DNA from: Callorhinchus milii | Taxonomy: Eukaryota | Length of the DNA stretch: 64,000 nucleotides | Assembly: GCF_018977255.1 (NCBI RefSeq) | Contig: NW_024704743.1 | Location: forward strand, 82,710,001 to 82,774,000 | Direction of reading: 5' to 3' | Shown here: piece by piece, positions 39,804 to 51,499 of the stretch | Layout: each line of letters begins with the position of its first letter | Numbering within the stretch: position 1 is the first letter of the stretch | The notes under the pieces: model-generated | Told to the model about the DNA's origin: nothing | The model's database searches: none | What the model saw: the letters and a program-made list of their open reading frames with translations, nothing else | Translations under genes and position numbers: made by a program

Positions 39804-40308
39804 GGAGTCCTGTAGTGTATTCTTTAGAGCATTAGTCGCAAGCGATAGGACCTGGGTTCAATTCCTGGCAGGGCGAAACGTAAAGCAAGTTTCCTTACTC
39901 CACATGCCTCTGTTTACCTAGCAATAAGTAGGAAGCCGGTTGTTTGGCAGATTGCTTTTCCGGGGGTAATAATTCCTTCAAAAATAATAATAAATTGGTC
40001 ACTCAATCCATGACTTTTTGTGGGACACTGTTGTGCGCAATTGGTGCCGAGTTTCACAACCAAATCAACAACAAAATTATATTTATAGAGCGCCTTTTAC
40101 GTCGGGAGGACATCCCAGAGTGCTGGACAGTCAGGGGTCAGGACCTGAGCATGGGGAAGCGTGAGGGAAGGCAGAGAGGTGGGAGGGTGACTGAAGGCAT
40201 GATCAAAATATACAAAATATACAGTTAATTCACTTTACAGTATATTCTATGAAGCACTTTGAGACATCTGGAAGACATGATAAGGCGCTACATCAAATGC
40301 AAGGATTA
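39804..40308 (+). mobile_element. tRNA SINE, long form, interrupted by an antisense L2 3' fragment (~40066-40203)
   Basis: SINE head at 39804; body resumes at caaaatatacag after an insert matching the minus-strand L2 tail seen at 57215-57365. Confidence 0.85.
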
Positions 40309-41047
40309 AAAATGCAATTATAATTCCTTACCAAGTGCTCCAAGACACTACTTGTGAGAAGGGCGCTATATAAATGCAAGTTGTTGTTGTTATTGTACTG
40401 TTTGTTTAAAGGAGAATACCCAGCTGACCTCCTTCAACTTCCTGGCCTCTATCTCAAACTCATCGAACCAGTGCACAACTTTGGTGGCCATTTCATTCCT
40501 CAATCCTCTTCCTCACTTTTGGTCCTTGATCAAGCCCACTTTCATTCACCTTTGCCACGTTGACCACCCTAGACTTTTCAAACACACTCCTTAATGGTCT
40601 CCGTAGTACCAACATCCATAAGCTCCAGCTAACTCAAAACTCTTGTCACTTACATCACCCGCACCAATCTCTGCATGCCCATCACCCAGTTCTTGCCAGG
40701 CTCCACTGTCTCCCTTCAAGGATCTCACTCTGACTCCTTATCACCTATCGCTCTATTCGGCTCTATTCAGCTGCACATAATCTGTCCCACCAAAAAACGA
40801 CCTCTTCAACTGTGTTGTTCACCTCTCTTCTCCCTTATTCAAGGTCTAATGTTTATTCCATCCAACTATTAGAATTACAGTCCTGTATTAACGTCAGTAA
40901 CATCAACATAGTCAGAATATGAAAGACTTTGTCTGAGAATGATTGACACACGTTTCACTAACCCTTGGAAATTTGTTTATTGTGCTGTTCAGACAAAATA
41001 GTGTTAGGAAAAATCATGAACAACAATAGAGACTAACCAAAAGGCAA

Positions 41048-41247
41048 AATACTACAGATGTTGGAAATCTGAAATAAAACCAAACGCTGGTAACACTCAG
41101 CAGGTCAGGGGACATCTATGACGAGAGGAAAGCGAGTTAACGTTTCAGATCTGATGAAAAGTCATTGAGCTGAAGCGTTAACTCGCTTTCCTCTCTTCAT
41201 AGATGCTACCAGACCTGCTGAGTATTCCCAGCGACTACTGTTTTTAT
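41048..41247. mobile_element. Palindromic Penelope-like element remnant
   Basis: Inverted arms 41085-41148 and 41170-41233 around atctgatgaaaagtcattgag. A single arm of the same family lies at ~35365-35452. Confidence 0.6.
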
Positions 41248-44104
41248 AATAGACATTAATGTTTTTTTTTCTAAATTACCAAACACAAATCTGTAATCTA
41301 AAGCCAATAATAAACTGTTATATTTATGTTTCGGCTAGGTTGCAGCAACACTTTATTTGATTAGCATAGCATCATTATTCATTTGTTGGATTTGACACTT
41401 CATTCCCTAGTCTCTGGAAGGCAAACCCTAATTTGCAGATTTTGTCACCATCCAGTTTCTCTTTATTTCTGGATCTAAATTTAAAGGTACAAAACTACCT
41501 CTTGAGAGGCAATAAATATGATCGATTCCTAAACCAATTAATGTTGGTGTTCAGTTGAAGAATTGAAACGGGTTTGTGCTGCAATCAGTTCTCCAGGTGT
41601 GAAAGGCACTATATAAATGCAATTTGTTGTTGTTGTGCAGAAGATCATTTACCTTCCTTAAAGGAGGGTATATTTTTTGTGCTAGGTTCTTCCATCGGTA
41701 GTGATTTTGCACCAGTGGTCATTCTCCACAAGCAAATCTGGAGAGAGAGGTTCACTTACTCATTTAACATTGGTGGTGGAGAGAATATCGTGGTTGAGAT
41801 CAAGCCAGTCCTTATCTCATGCTCACAGACTTGTGCTTCCATCAGGGTCGGGAGTGGAAACGCTGAAATATGTATATATAAAAAATACATGCTCCCTTCA
41901 GAGTAATCTTTTTCAAAGGTAAAGATTAGCACCTTCCTGATGATTTCATGGTAATTTTTCATACACGCAGCCTTTCACTTGCTGTTCTTTGTGATTCATA
42001 GGAATTAATAATCAATGTGAGCATATCTGACTTCTGCTAAATAATTACGTCATGTAAATCATTCTTTCAGAATCTCTCTCTTCTGTTTAAAACTACTTTG
42101 TCAAAAACAACTGAGAATATAAGAAAGCATGGTACGTGAAAAGGTTTTTTTGCCCATCAAACCCGCTTTCCCCATTTACTTTGTACAACAAGTCATATTA
42201 TGGACTACTCTCATTTGAACTCTTGATAGAAAGTACTATGTCAATAATCTTTGACCTCAATAATAACAATCCTCGCATTTGATATAGCGCCTTATCACGT
42301 CTTTGAGACAGTTATCATCGCAAAGCTTTTGAGTATTCATCCATCCTCATTTCCATCAATCCTTCATTAATGCAAATTCTGGACTTCTGCCCCTCCATAG
42401 GTAAGATTCACTACTGCACTAGCAACATAGGATCAATACAACACAAATTTGCACTTATATGTGCCTTTCACATCCCAAAATGCTGGACAATTTAAGGTTC
42501 CACCCAAGCTGGGGAAGGAGACCAAGGAGGGGAAAAATGGTCGAAAGTATAGGCAGTCAAAGAGGGAAGGGCGAGGATCAATATATTGTATGCAGCTGTT
42601 GGTCATCTCAATCTTTATGCATCTGTATAATCTCCAGTTATGATCAGAACCAGATATTTATTTCATTTTATTATAACAACAACAAATTACATTTGTATAC
42701 CGCTTTTCATGTTGGGAGGAAGTCCCAAAGTGCTGACATGGCATATTAACATGGCAACAACTGCTTTAGGTAGGTTCTACAGAATATGTAATAACAGCTT
42801 CACTGGAATCTCTCAATGAATGAGCAATAGTAGTATCCAAATCCTGTTTGTTTTCCACTGTTTTAACAACACTCTTCCTTTGTATACTGCAGTTGTCTAC
42901 TGCATCATGTTCCAATGTGCATTATGTTGCTTTGATCTGCATTCCAAAGTCTGCTATTCCTTAGCCCATTTACTAAATTTGTCTAGATCTCTTTGAATTC
43001 CATTCCTCTCCCATAAATTTTGAACAATTTATTTTTAATAATTTTGGCTGAGGATCAGCAAATGTTGTAATGTTACAATAAATACATTCCAAGTCGTTTA
43101 TGAAGTGTTAACGGGAGAGGGTGGAATATTTCTCTGTGGACCTCTGCCAGTCAGTGTGCCTCAGACAGGACATTTTACTGTACTTTTTATTGCAATGCAA
43201 TTTTTCAATTCATCTAGCTAATTTGCTGTAATCCACTGAGAGACTTAACCTTCCATTTACATTTGAAACTTTATCTCATGTATTCTGAAACTTCAAAGTG
43301 CTATGCTTTCATTTTCATTTTCATGCCCAAACATCTCAAAGTGTAGTTACTGTTTCTGAAAGCATACACAGCAGCCATTAGCAACAGAAAGGTCCCATAA
43401 ATAACTGAGATAAATGGGTAACTACTAACTCTTTGAAATAGTGTTCTGAGATGTTTACCAACCACCTGAAAGCTGTTCTTGGTTTAACATCACATCCAAA
43501 AGATGGCACCTTCGACAGTGTAGTGGAATGCTGGAATGGTGTGACCAAACTAGACTATCAGTTCAGGTATAAATTGGGGTGTGAATTGTGAAGCTAAGAT
43601 GTCAGTAACACTTTGACTCATATCACTGCAATATAATTAAAATCGGGTGGAACCAATTGTGTCTCTTCTAAATTGCTTCTATAAAATACATGGGATCTTT
43701 AGAAAGACCTTTTTTTAACAATGTTAACGAGCTCCAGCTCTTCAAGAAAATTAAATTAATGAAATTCTGATTTGAACTCAAGATTTGTGTACGACTTTGA
43801 AATGAGGTCTTTGTTTTTAACAGCTTCAACTAATGCGATGAGCAAGAAGCATAAATCAGACTTCCCCTCTATCGTTTTGTTGCCAGATATGTAAAGGGGC
43901 ATAAATCCAAGTGATGACTACTTCTTCTAACCTCCATGCTCTTTAGATCAGCATTTATAACATGTCATATAATCATGGAGAGTTTACAACACTGAAGGAG
44001 GCCACTTGGCCCACCATTTCAGATGGTGCTCACTCCCCCTCTTGAATGCTGCACTCCAATCTCATTTCCTTTCCTTGAGCCCTTTAATGTTATAACCCTT
44101 AATC

Positions 44105-44457
44105 CTATAATCCTTGCATTTGGTATAGCACTTTTCATGTCGGGAGAATGTCTCAGAGCTGCTCAAAGTGGAGTGATTGTGTATTTATAGGTGAACTAGG
44201 CAGCCAAGAAATGAATGACCAATTTTACTTGGGGGATTGTTGGCCTGGACTCCGGGAGAAACTCCCTTCTCTTTTTAAATAGTGGGATCTTAAACGTTTA
44301 TCCGAACAGACGACAGAATTCAATACAAAACTCCTTCCCCCCAACACTGCATTGGAATATCAGACTAATCTAAGTAAGTTCAAGTCTCGACATGGTGTTT
44401 GAATCCACAACTCTCTGATTCGGAGGCAAGAATGCTACCACTGAGCCAGGCTGACAC
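44105..44457 (-). mobile_element. Deu-domain SINE, diverged
   Basis: Colinear with 20638-21060. Confidence 0.7.
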
Positions 44458-44633
44458 GCTATATTCCCTTAGGCATTTATCGTCTCTGCCAGCTTGTTGT
44501 GCGACAGTTTCAGCAAGACTTCTTTTACTTGTCTCTGGTGTCTGTCTAACTTGAATGCTACAAAAGACATCAATCATTCATTGATAGAAACCTGCATTAA
44601 ACTTTGGAATAACCTGTGCATCAGACAAGGTTC

Positions 44634-44870
44634 ACTTGGGAAGGTTGACATCCCATGACATCCTTCCACCTTAGCTGAGTGGTCTCTTGTTGCTTAGAGT
44701 GACAGTCAGGACAACTTTGGGACTTTGACATTCCCTGACATTCACTTGGCTAAGTGCCCTCTTGGTGCTCAGGATGACAGCCAGAACAACTTGGGGAGGT
44801 TGACATACCATGACATCCTTTTACTTTTGCTCTATGGTTTCTCCGTTCTCAGTGAGATGGCCTGGATGAA
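44634..44870. repeat. Degenerate tandem repeat, ~78-bp unit x3
   Basis: Recurring acttggg.aggttgacat.ccatgacatcctt...gacag.cag.aca. Confidence 0.75.
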
Positions 44871-46620
44871 ATGAATAGGAGAAAGCCCAGAAGCTGGACG
44901 TACTATATCCATTATTTTAATTATGGAAAGTCTTACTTGCATTAAACTCAATGTGTAATTGTGTTAGTCTCAACTTTCTGAGTGGCTATGTGCGTTGTAT
45001 TGACTGCCTTGTTGCCTATCTGTAGAAGGCTTCACTTTTGATGTTTGTCTGCATCACCATCGATTCAAGAAAAATAACTTAAGTACTATAATTTGGGGAT
45101 CATTGAGAGATTTCTTGACATGACACTCTTCGTGCCTATCTAAAAGTTTACTGTACACATTTTCATTAGAAAGCCCTCATTAATAATTGATCCTATACAT
45201 ATAATATAATGTTGAGCACTTTTCTGCAGTTCTTAGACTCACTGTTCATGTTCCAAGTTCATGGCTCTCTTCTGTGTTTAAAAAGCACCATAACATTTGC
45301 TATTCTCCTATCCTGAGGTATTAAATCCAGTGCTTTTTGAGCTGGTTGTTAAAAATATTAACCAGGGCAGTCCCCATAGTGTGGTGGATACAGCTGTAGC
45401 TTAGGGAGTTTGCTGGTTTAAATCCTGGTCTGTGCTGAATTTGCTTATCTAACCATGACTACATGGGTGGGGGGTGAGGAAGCTATTTGGCCCAGTCTTT
45501 CCAGGGTTGGGATGGCTAAAATCAGCCAGGATTTCTCCTCCTCTTCCCGCTTCAGCTATCCTCTACCGCCATATTAAAATTCACTTTGGTTTGATACTTG
45601 ATGGTATTAACATTGCTGATTATATTATGTGTACAATGGCTAGTTTGGCGACTCACTGTGAGTTTTTAAAGAGATTTTGGGCGGAATACCACATGACCCC
45701 TTCATGCATTATATAAGAATGCCTACAAGGCAGCTTTTTGTTTTAGTTCGTTTTCTGCTGTGTTTATGAGAAGCTTTTCTTTGCTGTTGTTTGGCCTCAT
45801 AGCCTGGAGAACACAAAAAATTGTAATTCTTCCAAAAATACTGTGTACTAGTTTTTAAGCCCTATACTTACTGCGAGTGATTGTACTGTATCTAGCCATG
45901 CTCGCTGTTTCTGTGCCTGCCCTTGATCATTTTTAGTCACTGAAACATCAGTTGTAACCACATTTTCTGTTATCTCTGCAGATAAATAGCTGATAAGAAG
46001 TATAATGACCACAACAACAATTTGCACATATATACTTGCTTTCTCAAGGCGTTTTTCAAATGTTTGAGTGGAAGCCCAAGCTAGGAGATGGGAGGGTGAG
46101 TGGGTGGGGGGGTTGAAAGTGCAGGGAGATGGATGGGTCTTAAGACAGGTTTTGAAAGCAGAGAGCGTGAGGGCAAGTCTGAAGAATTTTGGAAGCGATT
46201 TCTAGAGGGCGAGACTTCTGCCCTCCACTGTGCACCGTCCCCCCCACCCCGACCTGATGGTTGGCTAGGAGTCAAGCCAAAAGTGAGCTAGAACTCACTG
46301 ATTGGAATAGCTGGGGCAATGGGGTTGCAGGAGATCACAGAGATAGGGTGAAGCAAGGTTGTGAAGGCATTTGAAGATGAGGATAAGAATTTTAAAGTTT
46401 ATTTGATGGAGAAGAGCATGCTGTTGTAGTCAGGTGAGGATGGAGCTCAGTATGGGAAAGGATGCAGAGTTCTAAACACTCCAACATAATGCTACATTGT
46501 CGGAGGTGTTTAACGGAGATGTTAAACCAAGGTCCTCTGTGGAGTAGTATGATTGGTTCATTGGCAGGACTTGGAAGGGCAGATCAGTCACTGAGAGCAG
46601 GGACTCTTTCCACTCAGCAA

Positions 46621-46624
<4 letters not shown>

Positions 46625-46652
<28 letters not shown>

Positions 46653-46887
46653 CCTTGCATTTGATATAGCGCTTTTCACGTCAGGAGGACGTCCCAAAGC
46701 GCTTCACAGAACACACTAAAGTGAATTGACTGTATATTTGTGGGCGAACGCGGCAGCCAATTGCGCACAGCAATGTCCCACAAACAGTCGTAGATTGAAA
46801 ATGACCAATTTAATTATTGTTTTTGGTTTTGGAGGGATTATTATTAGGCGTGTGGAGTAAGGAAACTTGCCCAAGGTTTCGCCCTGC
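46625..46887 (-). mobile_element. tRNA SINE, short form, lacking most of the tRNA head
   Basis: Near-identical reverse complement of 1702-1937. Confidence 0.9.
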
Positions 46888-48407
46888 AAACCAAAGCCCT
46901 AATGGGTAAGATAGTCCTAGCTGGACAAGCAGTGGGAAAGCTTGCCAGACAGCAATATTAATGGCAAACTATGCGGTTTTAGCTGATTAGACTCCAGCAG
47001 TAACCCAACACACACTCTCGGGTCCCCAAGATTTGGCTCTTGCCAACCTGCGCCTATTACTTTCCGGAATTAGGTAAGTAGGACATTTCCCTCCAGGGAA
47101 GAGTGTGCGTTCCATCCAGCAATCTATCCCTGGAATCTCCCATGTGTGTGGATTGTATGGAATTCTCAGTTTGGTTTAGATACTCTTGAGCGTGGTGATG
47201 GGTTTCCGCATGTGTCAGTCATGCGACTGACAAATATAAAATTGAGTTTGAACAGTTTTGAAGACAATATATCTTCAGCTGCCTTCCAGACGTCCTGGAG
47301 CCCTCACTGTTGACTGCTAGTTATTTTTTACACAGACGCACATAGTGGATTGACAGCTTTTTGATTTAAAAAATTATTACAAAAGGATTATTGTATTTTT
47401 TATATAATGCTTGAGGATCCAAATACCTTTTCATTTTATCTTACCAGGTGTGACCTCTGCACCCTTTGAGGAATCTCTCCAGTTGAGTTCCCTAAATCCT
47501 TCTGCTCCTGGATTCTCAAGGACACCTTGAGGTTATGATTCAAGCTCATTTATTGGCTGCATTGCTTTAATCACCATTAGATGGTACCTGTCTGCTTCGA
47601 ACAATTCATTACGAAGGTCTTTAAAATTTCACTACAAAAATCAATTTTCCAGAGGGTGAGGGTTGCCCAATTATCCTGACATTTGTACTTCACCTTGCCT
47701 TCAGAGGCAGAGCCCAATCTAAAGAGCAAGGGTGAATGGTGTGAACTGGCAAATCAAGGTCCTAAAATGAACCTGACTTTCCTAAACTTGAATATCATTT
47801 AATTTTGTTCATAATTATTTTTACAATTGTTTGAGTAATCTGTTTTAGCCACATATATCTAATAGGCAATTTTATGTTGTAGCTGTGAGAAAGAGGAATG
47901 GAGAAGAGGAGGTTAAAAAGTAGTAGCTTACAAGTAATTTAAGAAAAACAGAAGCATTAAGATAATAGAGTTAAAGGACAAACTGAATAAGAAGGAACCT
48001 CTAAGATATGGAATATGAAGTGGTTGAAAACTAGAGAAAAGTTATGAGGAAAGATTTCGGAGAGGACAATATAAAAAAAATTGCCTAGACAACAACAACA
48101 ACAACATTACATTTGTAGAGCGCCTTTCAAGTCGTGAAAATGTCCCAAAGCGCTGCACAGTACAAAAGCAAAATCTTTCTTTAGTTTGGCGCCAGTAATT
48201 TCAGTACATACTATCCTGAACCAATGACTCAGAAAAATAGCGTTTCAATTGCACAGGAATGGTAATTTGTTTTTACATTGCAATATTAAAAATTTATTTC
48301 AGTACCCTTCAGTAATTATTTGCTTATTTGTGTCATCTGCCAGCTAATTTGGTAATGATGTTGCCAAACATTACAATCTATTTGTAAAAGAACATCTATT
48401 TGTAAAA

Positions 48408-48724
48408 ATCCTTGCATTTGATATAGCGCCTTATCACGAGACGTCTTAAAGAGCTTCACAGAATATACTGTAAAGTGAATTGATTATATTTTGTGGGCAA
48501 AACGCAGCAGCCAATTGCGCACAGCAGTGACCCACAAACAGTTGTGGTTTGAGTGACCAATTTATTTTTTATATTTTTTTTGAAGGAATTATTACCCCCA
48601 GAAAAGCAGTTAGTAACCGGGTTCCTTCTTACTGCTAGGTAAACAGGCTTGTTGCAAAAGGAAATCGAACTCAGGTCTCTCACTTGCGAGGTGAGTGCTC
48701 TAACCACTGAGCTACAGGACTCCA
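48408..48724 (-). mobile_element. tRNA SINE, long form with internal deletion
   Basis: Ends ...ctaaccactgagctacaggactcc and contains the cttactgctaggtaaacag block. Confidence 0.85.
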
Positions 48725-48866
48725 TGTGTAGAAAGTGGATATTTTAGAGTAAAATGCAGATTGTCTTAGAGTTAGTATGGTGTACCTGCAAAATTTCACT
48801 CAGTCCACCCACCATTCAGTACAAAGTTGGTGAGCTTTGTATACTACATGTATTTATAATATATAT

Positions 48867-49171
48867 AATAATCCTTGCATTTGATATAGCGCTTTTCATG
48901 TCTTCCAGACGTCCCAAAGCGCTTCACAGAATAAACTGTAAAGTGAATTGACTGTATATTTGTGGGCGAAATGCGGCAGCCAATTGCGCACAACAGTGTC
49001 CCACAAACAGTCGTGGATTGAAATGACCAATTTATTATTGTTTTGTTTTTTGAGGGATTATTATCAGGTGTGTGGAGTAAGGAAACTTGCCCAAGGTTTC
49101 GCCCTGCCGGGAATTGAACCCAGGTCTCTCGCTTGCAAAGCGAGTGCTCTAACCACTGAGCTACAGGACTC
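48867..49171 (-). mobile_element. tRNA SINE, short form, full length
   Basis: Reverse complement of 1637-1937. Confidence 0.9.
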
Positions 49172-49843
49172 AATTTTCATTGCTCAGTTGTTGCTTTTCT
49201 ATATATCATATTTGTCTTTGAAAATGGAGATCATTTTACTTCAGAAAATTAAATTGTTTGATATTCTGAGTGAGTAACTCTTCTGGCTTGTAGAAACCCT
49301 AGATATTGCCTTCGAATATATATTTGATGGTCAGGTGCGTGTCTGACTCATGTAGAAACCAAGCACTATGCCTAAAAATATCCAAAACAGACAGAATTCC
49401 GCATTTAGATGTCAGTGACACATGGACATTTCCCTATGTCTGGAATGGAATAAGTACCCTTTCCTTGGAGGCATACTTACTTAAATAGGGTATTAAGCAC
49501 AGGATGATGAGTGCCAAGGCTTGGAGACCCTAAAGTACTGTTACAATTTAACCAGCTAAAACTGTACAGCTTTCCTGGAAAAGAGGTGGGGTGGTGGAAA
49601 TATCATTGTGGTACATTATAACTGCGCCTCCCAAAACAATCTATTAAATTTGCTACCATCAATTTTTTGTAGATTAATTATGCCCTGTTCATTGTGTAAT
49701 ATTTATATATGATTAAAATACCTTTATTGAATATTTTCTTACCGTTACTTTCAGAGAGTAGATGCCGAGATCTGTAAACACAGATCTGCTTCACAGCTAA
49801 TACCGAGCAACAACATGAAATTCCTTGAGCTAGAACTTCAAGA

Positions 49844-51499
49844 ATGGATTTAAGCAAAGTATCTCAAAGTGCTGAATGTGACTTAATTCAGTTGCCAGCC
49901 CATAGAGAACAAAGTGAGAAAGCTCAAGTTACTCTTGCAATCCCAGGATTGCCAGAAGATGAGCAGATGGACAAAACCAATAAGATCACCCACTCCAAAC
50001 GAAAAAGAAGATCTGAACCAGGAAAGGGAAAGACTAAGGACCTAAATGTAAGTGGCACCTTAGAAATAAAGGCTCGATCGGACAATGCAATTGAAAGTGC
50101 TCTAGATTGTGGGAAACAGCAATGTAATGAAGATCCTCCAGCTAAAAGACAGAAATGTGAGACTTTGCAGTCAGAATCTCAAGATGGTGGAAACTGTGCA
50201 GAAACTGGAATTTCTGCTTTACCAGGGGATAAAGAACAGCAACAAGAAGAGGTGACATGTGTGGAGAGTGATGATGCACAGATGGAAGGACAAACTGGAG
50301 ATGATATGAATACGCCTAAGAGTATTGTTGAAGATGGGACAACTCACCTTTGCCCCACTTGTAATTTCATGGCTAAAACGAAGACTGCATTAAAAATTCA
50401 CACAAAGCGACGTCATTTCAGTGAAAATGTCTTTATTTGTGATAATTGCAACTATACGAGCCACTCAAAGTATGACTATAGCAAGCATATTTCTTCAGTT
50501 CTTCATAAAAGCCAAATTATAAGTGAAAGTAAAATTGGAAGTACAAAAGAAGGGTTTAATTGTAGGCTCTGTGGTCATTTAACCCCTTCTCGTTATGACT
50601 TGGATAAGCACATTAAAGAGAATCATTCAAGGCGCTCTAAAGCCCACATTTGTCCTCAATGCAAATACAAGGCAGAAAGTGCGGCATCCTTGCATGCACA
50701 TCTCAAGCACATCCATGTGGAAGAAAGAAAGTATAGTTGTGACCTCTGTGGCTACAAGTGTTTTGATGAAAACCTGCTGAAAACCCACTGTCGTGGTAAA
50801 ACTCACCTTCGTCGAAAAAATCTTGCAGCTCGGGGAGGATACATACATTTATTATCCCAAAAAAAGCCACCTTGTAAGTTAGATGCAAAAGTGCACAATT
50901 CAAAACGGATGAGTAATGATAAACTGAGTTTGGGTGACAAACCTACAAATTTGAGAAGAACAAGGAGCCAAAGCTCTGCCCAGTTTATCAAGGATGTGAA
51001 AAATGCCAAATTATTGAAGAAATCTAGGAATACTGGTCGATCAACGGCAATTTCAACCAGCAAGAAGTTACTGGCAGTAAAGGAAGATCCAAAATGTAAT
51101 GATCACAATGTTGGAAGGCCATCTACGAGAAGAGCTTTAAGAAGAGGAAAGATACAAGGTGATCTATCCCAAGCCCCGGTCAGTGATCCAAGATCAAGGC
51201 AGCTGAATAAGGTTAATATTGTCAGCCTAAGAGGGCGTGGCATACCTCTTAAGTGCAGCTTACCTCTCAAGAACAATTCTCAAAGTGTTTGTACAAGAAG
51301 TAAGGATAGATTTTCCAAGGAAGAACCAGGGAACCAAAGAGCTCAAAGAAACCTCAAAATAAGAGGTAACTGGTTGACTGCAGATACTGTTGGCCGAAGT
51401 AGAGGTGGCCTTTCTGACAGGAAGAAGCTCTTCCTCGAGTTCAGCGAGGTAGAAGCAGAGGCAGGCCTCCTAGAAGAAAGAATACTGGTGCAAAACTAG
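49844..51499 (+). CDS. ZNF407: Zinc finger protein 407, N-terminal part of the large coding exon (5 zinc fingers), before the frame break
   Basis: Acceptor ttactttcag|A with exon start 49755. In-frame TGA at 49826-49828, then AGAATGG in strong Kozak context. Contains CDLCGYKCFDENLLKTHCRGKTHLRRKNLAARGG, matching the recalled ZNF407 signature CDLCGFQCSEENLLNAHYLGKTHLRRQNLAARGG. Confidence 0.9.
   Translation: MDLSKVSQSAECDLIQLPAHREQSEKAQVTLAIPGLPEDEQMDKTNKITHSKRKRRSEPGKGKTKDLNVSGTLEIKARSDNAIESALDCGKQQCNEDPPAKRQKCETLQSESQDGGNCAETGISALPGDKEQQQEEVTCVESDDAQMEGQTGDDMNTPKSIVEDGTTHLCPTCNFMAKTKTALKIHTKRRHFSENVFICDNCNYTSHSKYDYSKHISSVLHKSQIISESKIGSTKEGFNCRLCGHLTPSRYDLDKHIKENHSRRSKAHICPQCKYKAESAASLHAHLKHIHVEERKYSCDLCGYKCFDENLLKTHCRGKTHLRRKNLAARGGYIHLLSQKKPPCKLDAKVHNSKRMSNDKLSLGDKPTNLRRTRSQSSAQFIKDVKNAKLLKKSRNTGRSTAISTSKKLLAVKEDPKCNDHNVGRPSTRRALRRGKIQGDLSQAPVSDPRSRQLNKVNIVSLRGRGIPLKCSLPLKNNSQSVCTRSKDRFSKEEPGNQRAQRNLKIRGNWLTADTVGRSRGGLSDRKKLFLEFSEVEAEAGLLEERILVQN

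Noticed and set aside
51366..51420. 55-nt GTAACT...CAG intron as the fix for the frame break
   Set aside because: 55 nt gives the wrong phase; only excisions of 3n+2 nt restore the frame.
50048..51420. Large frame-restoring intron from AAT|GTAAGT
   Set aside because: It would delete conserved ZNF407 fingers, so it is unlikely to be the constitutive splice.
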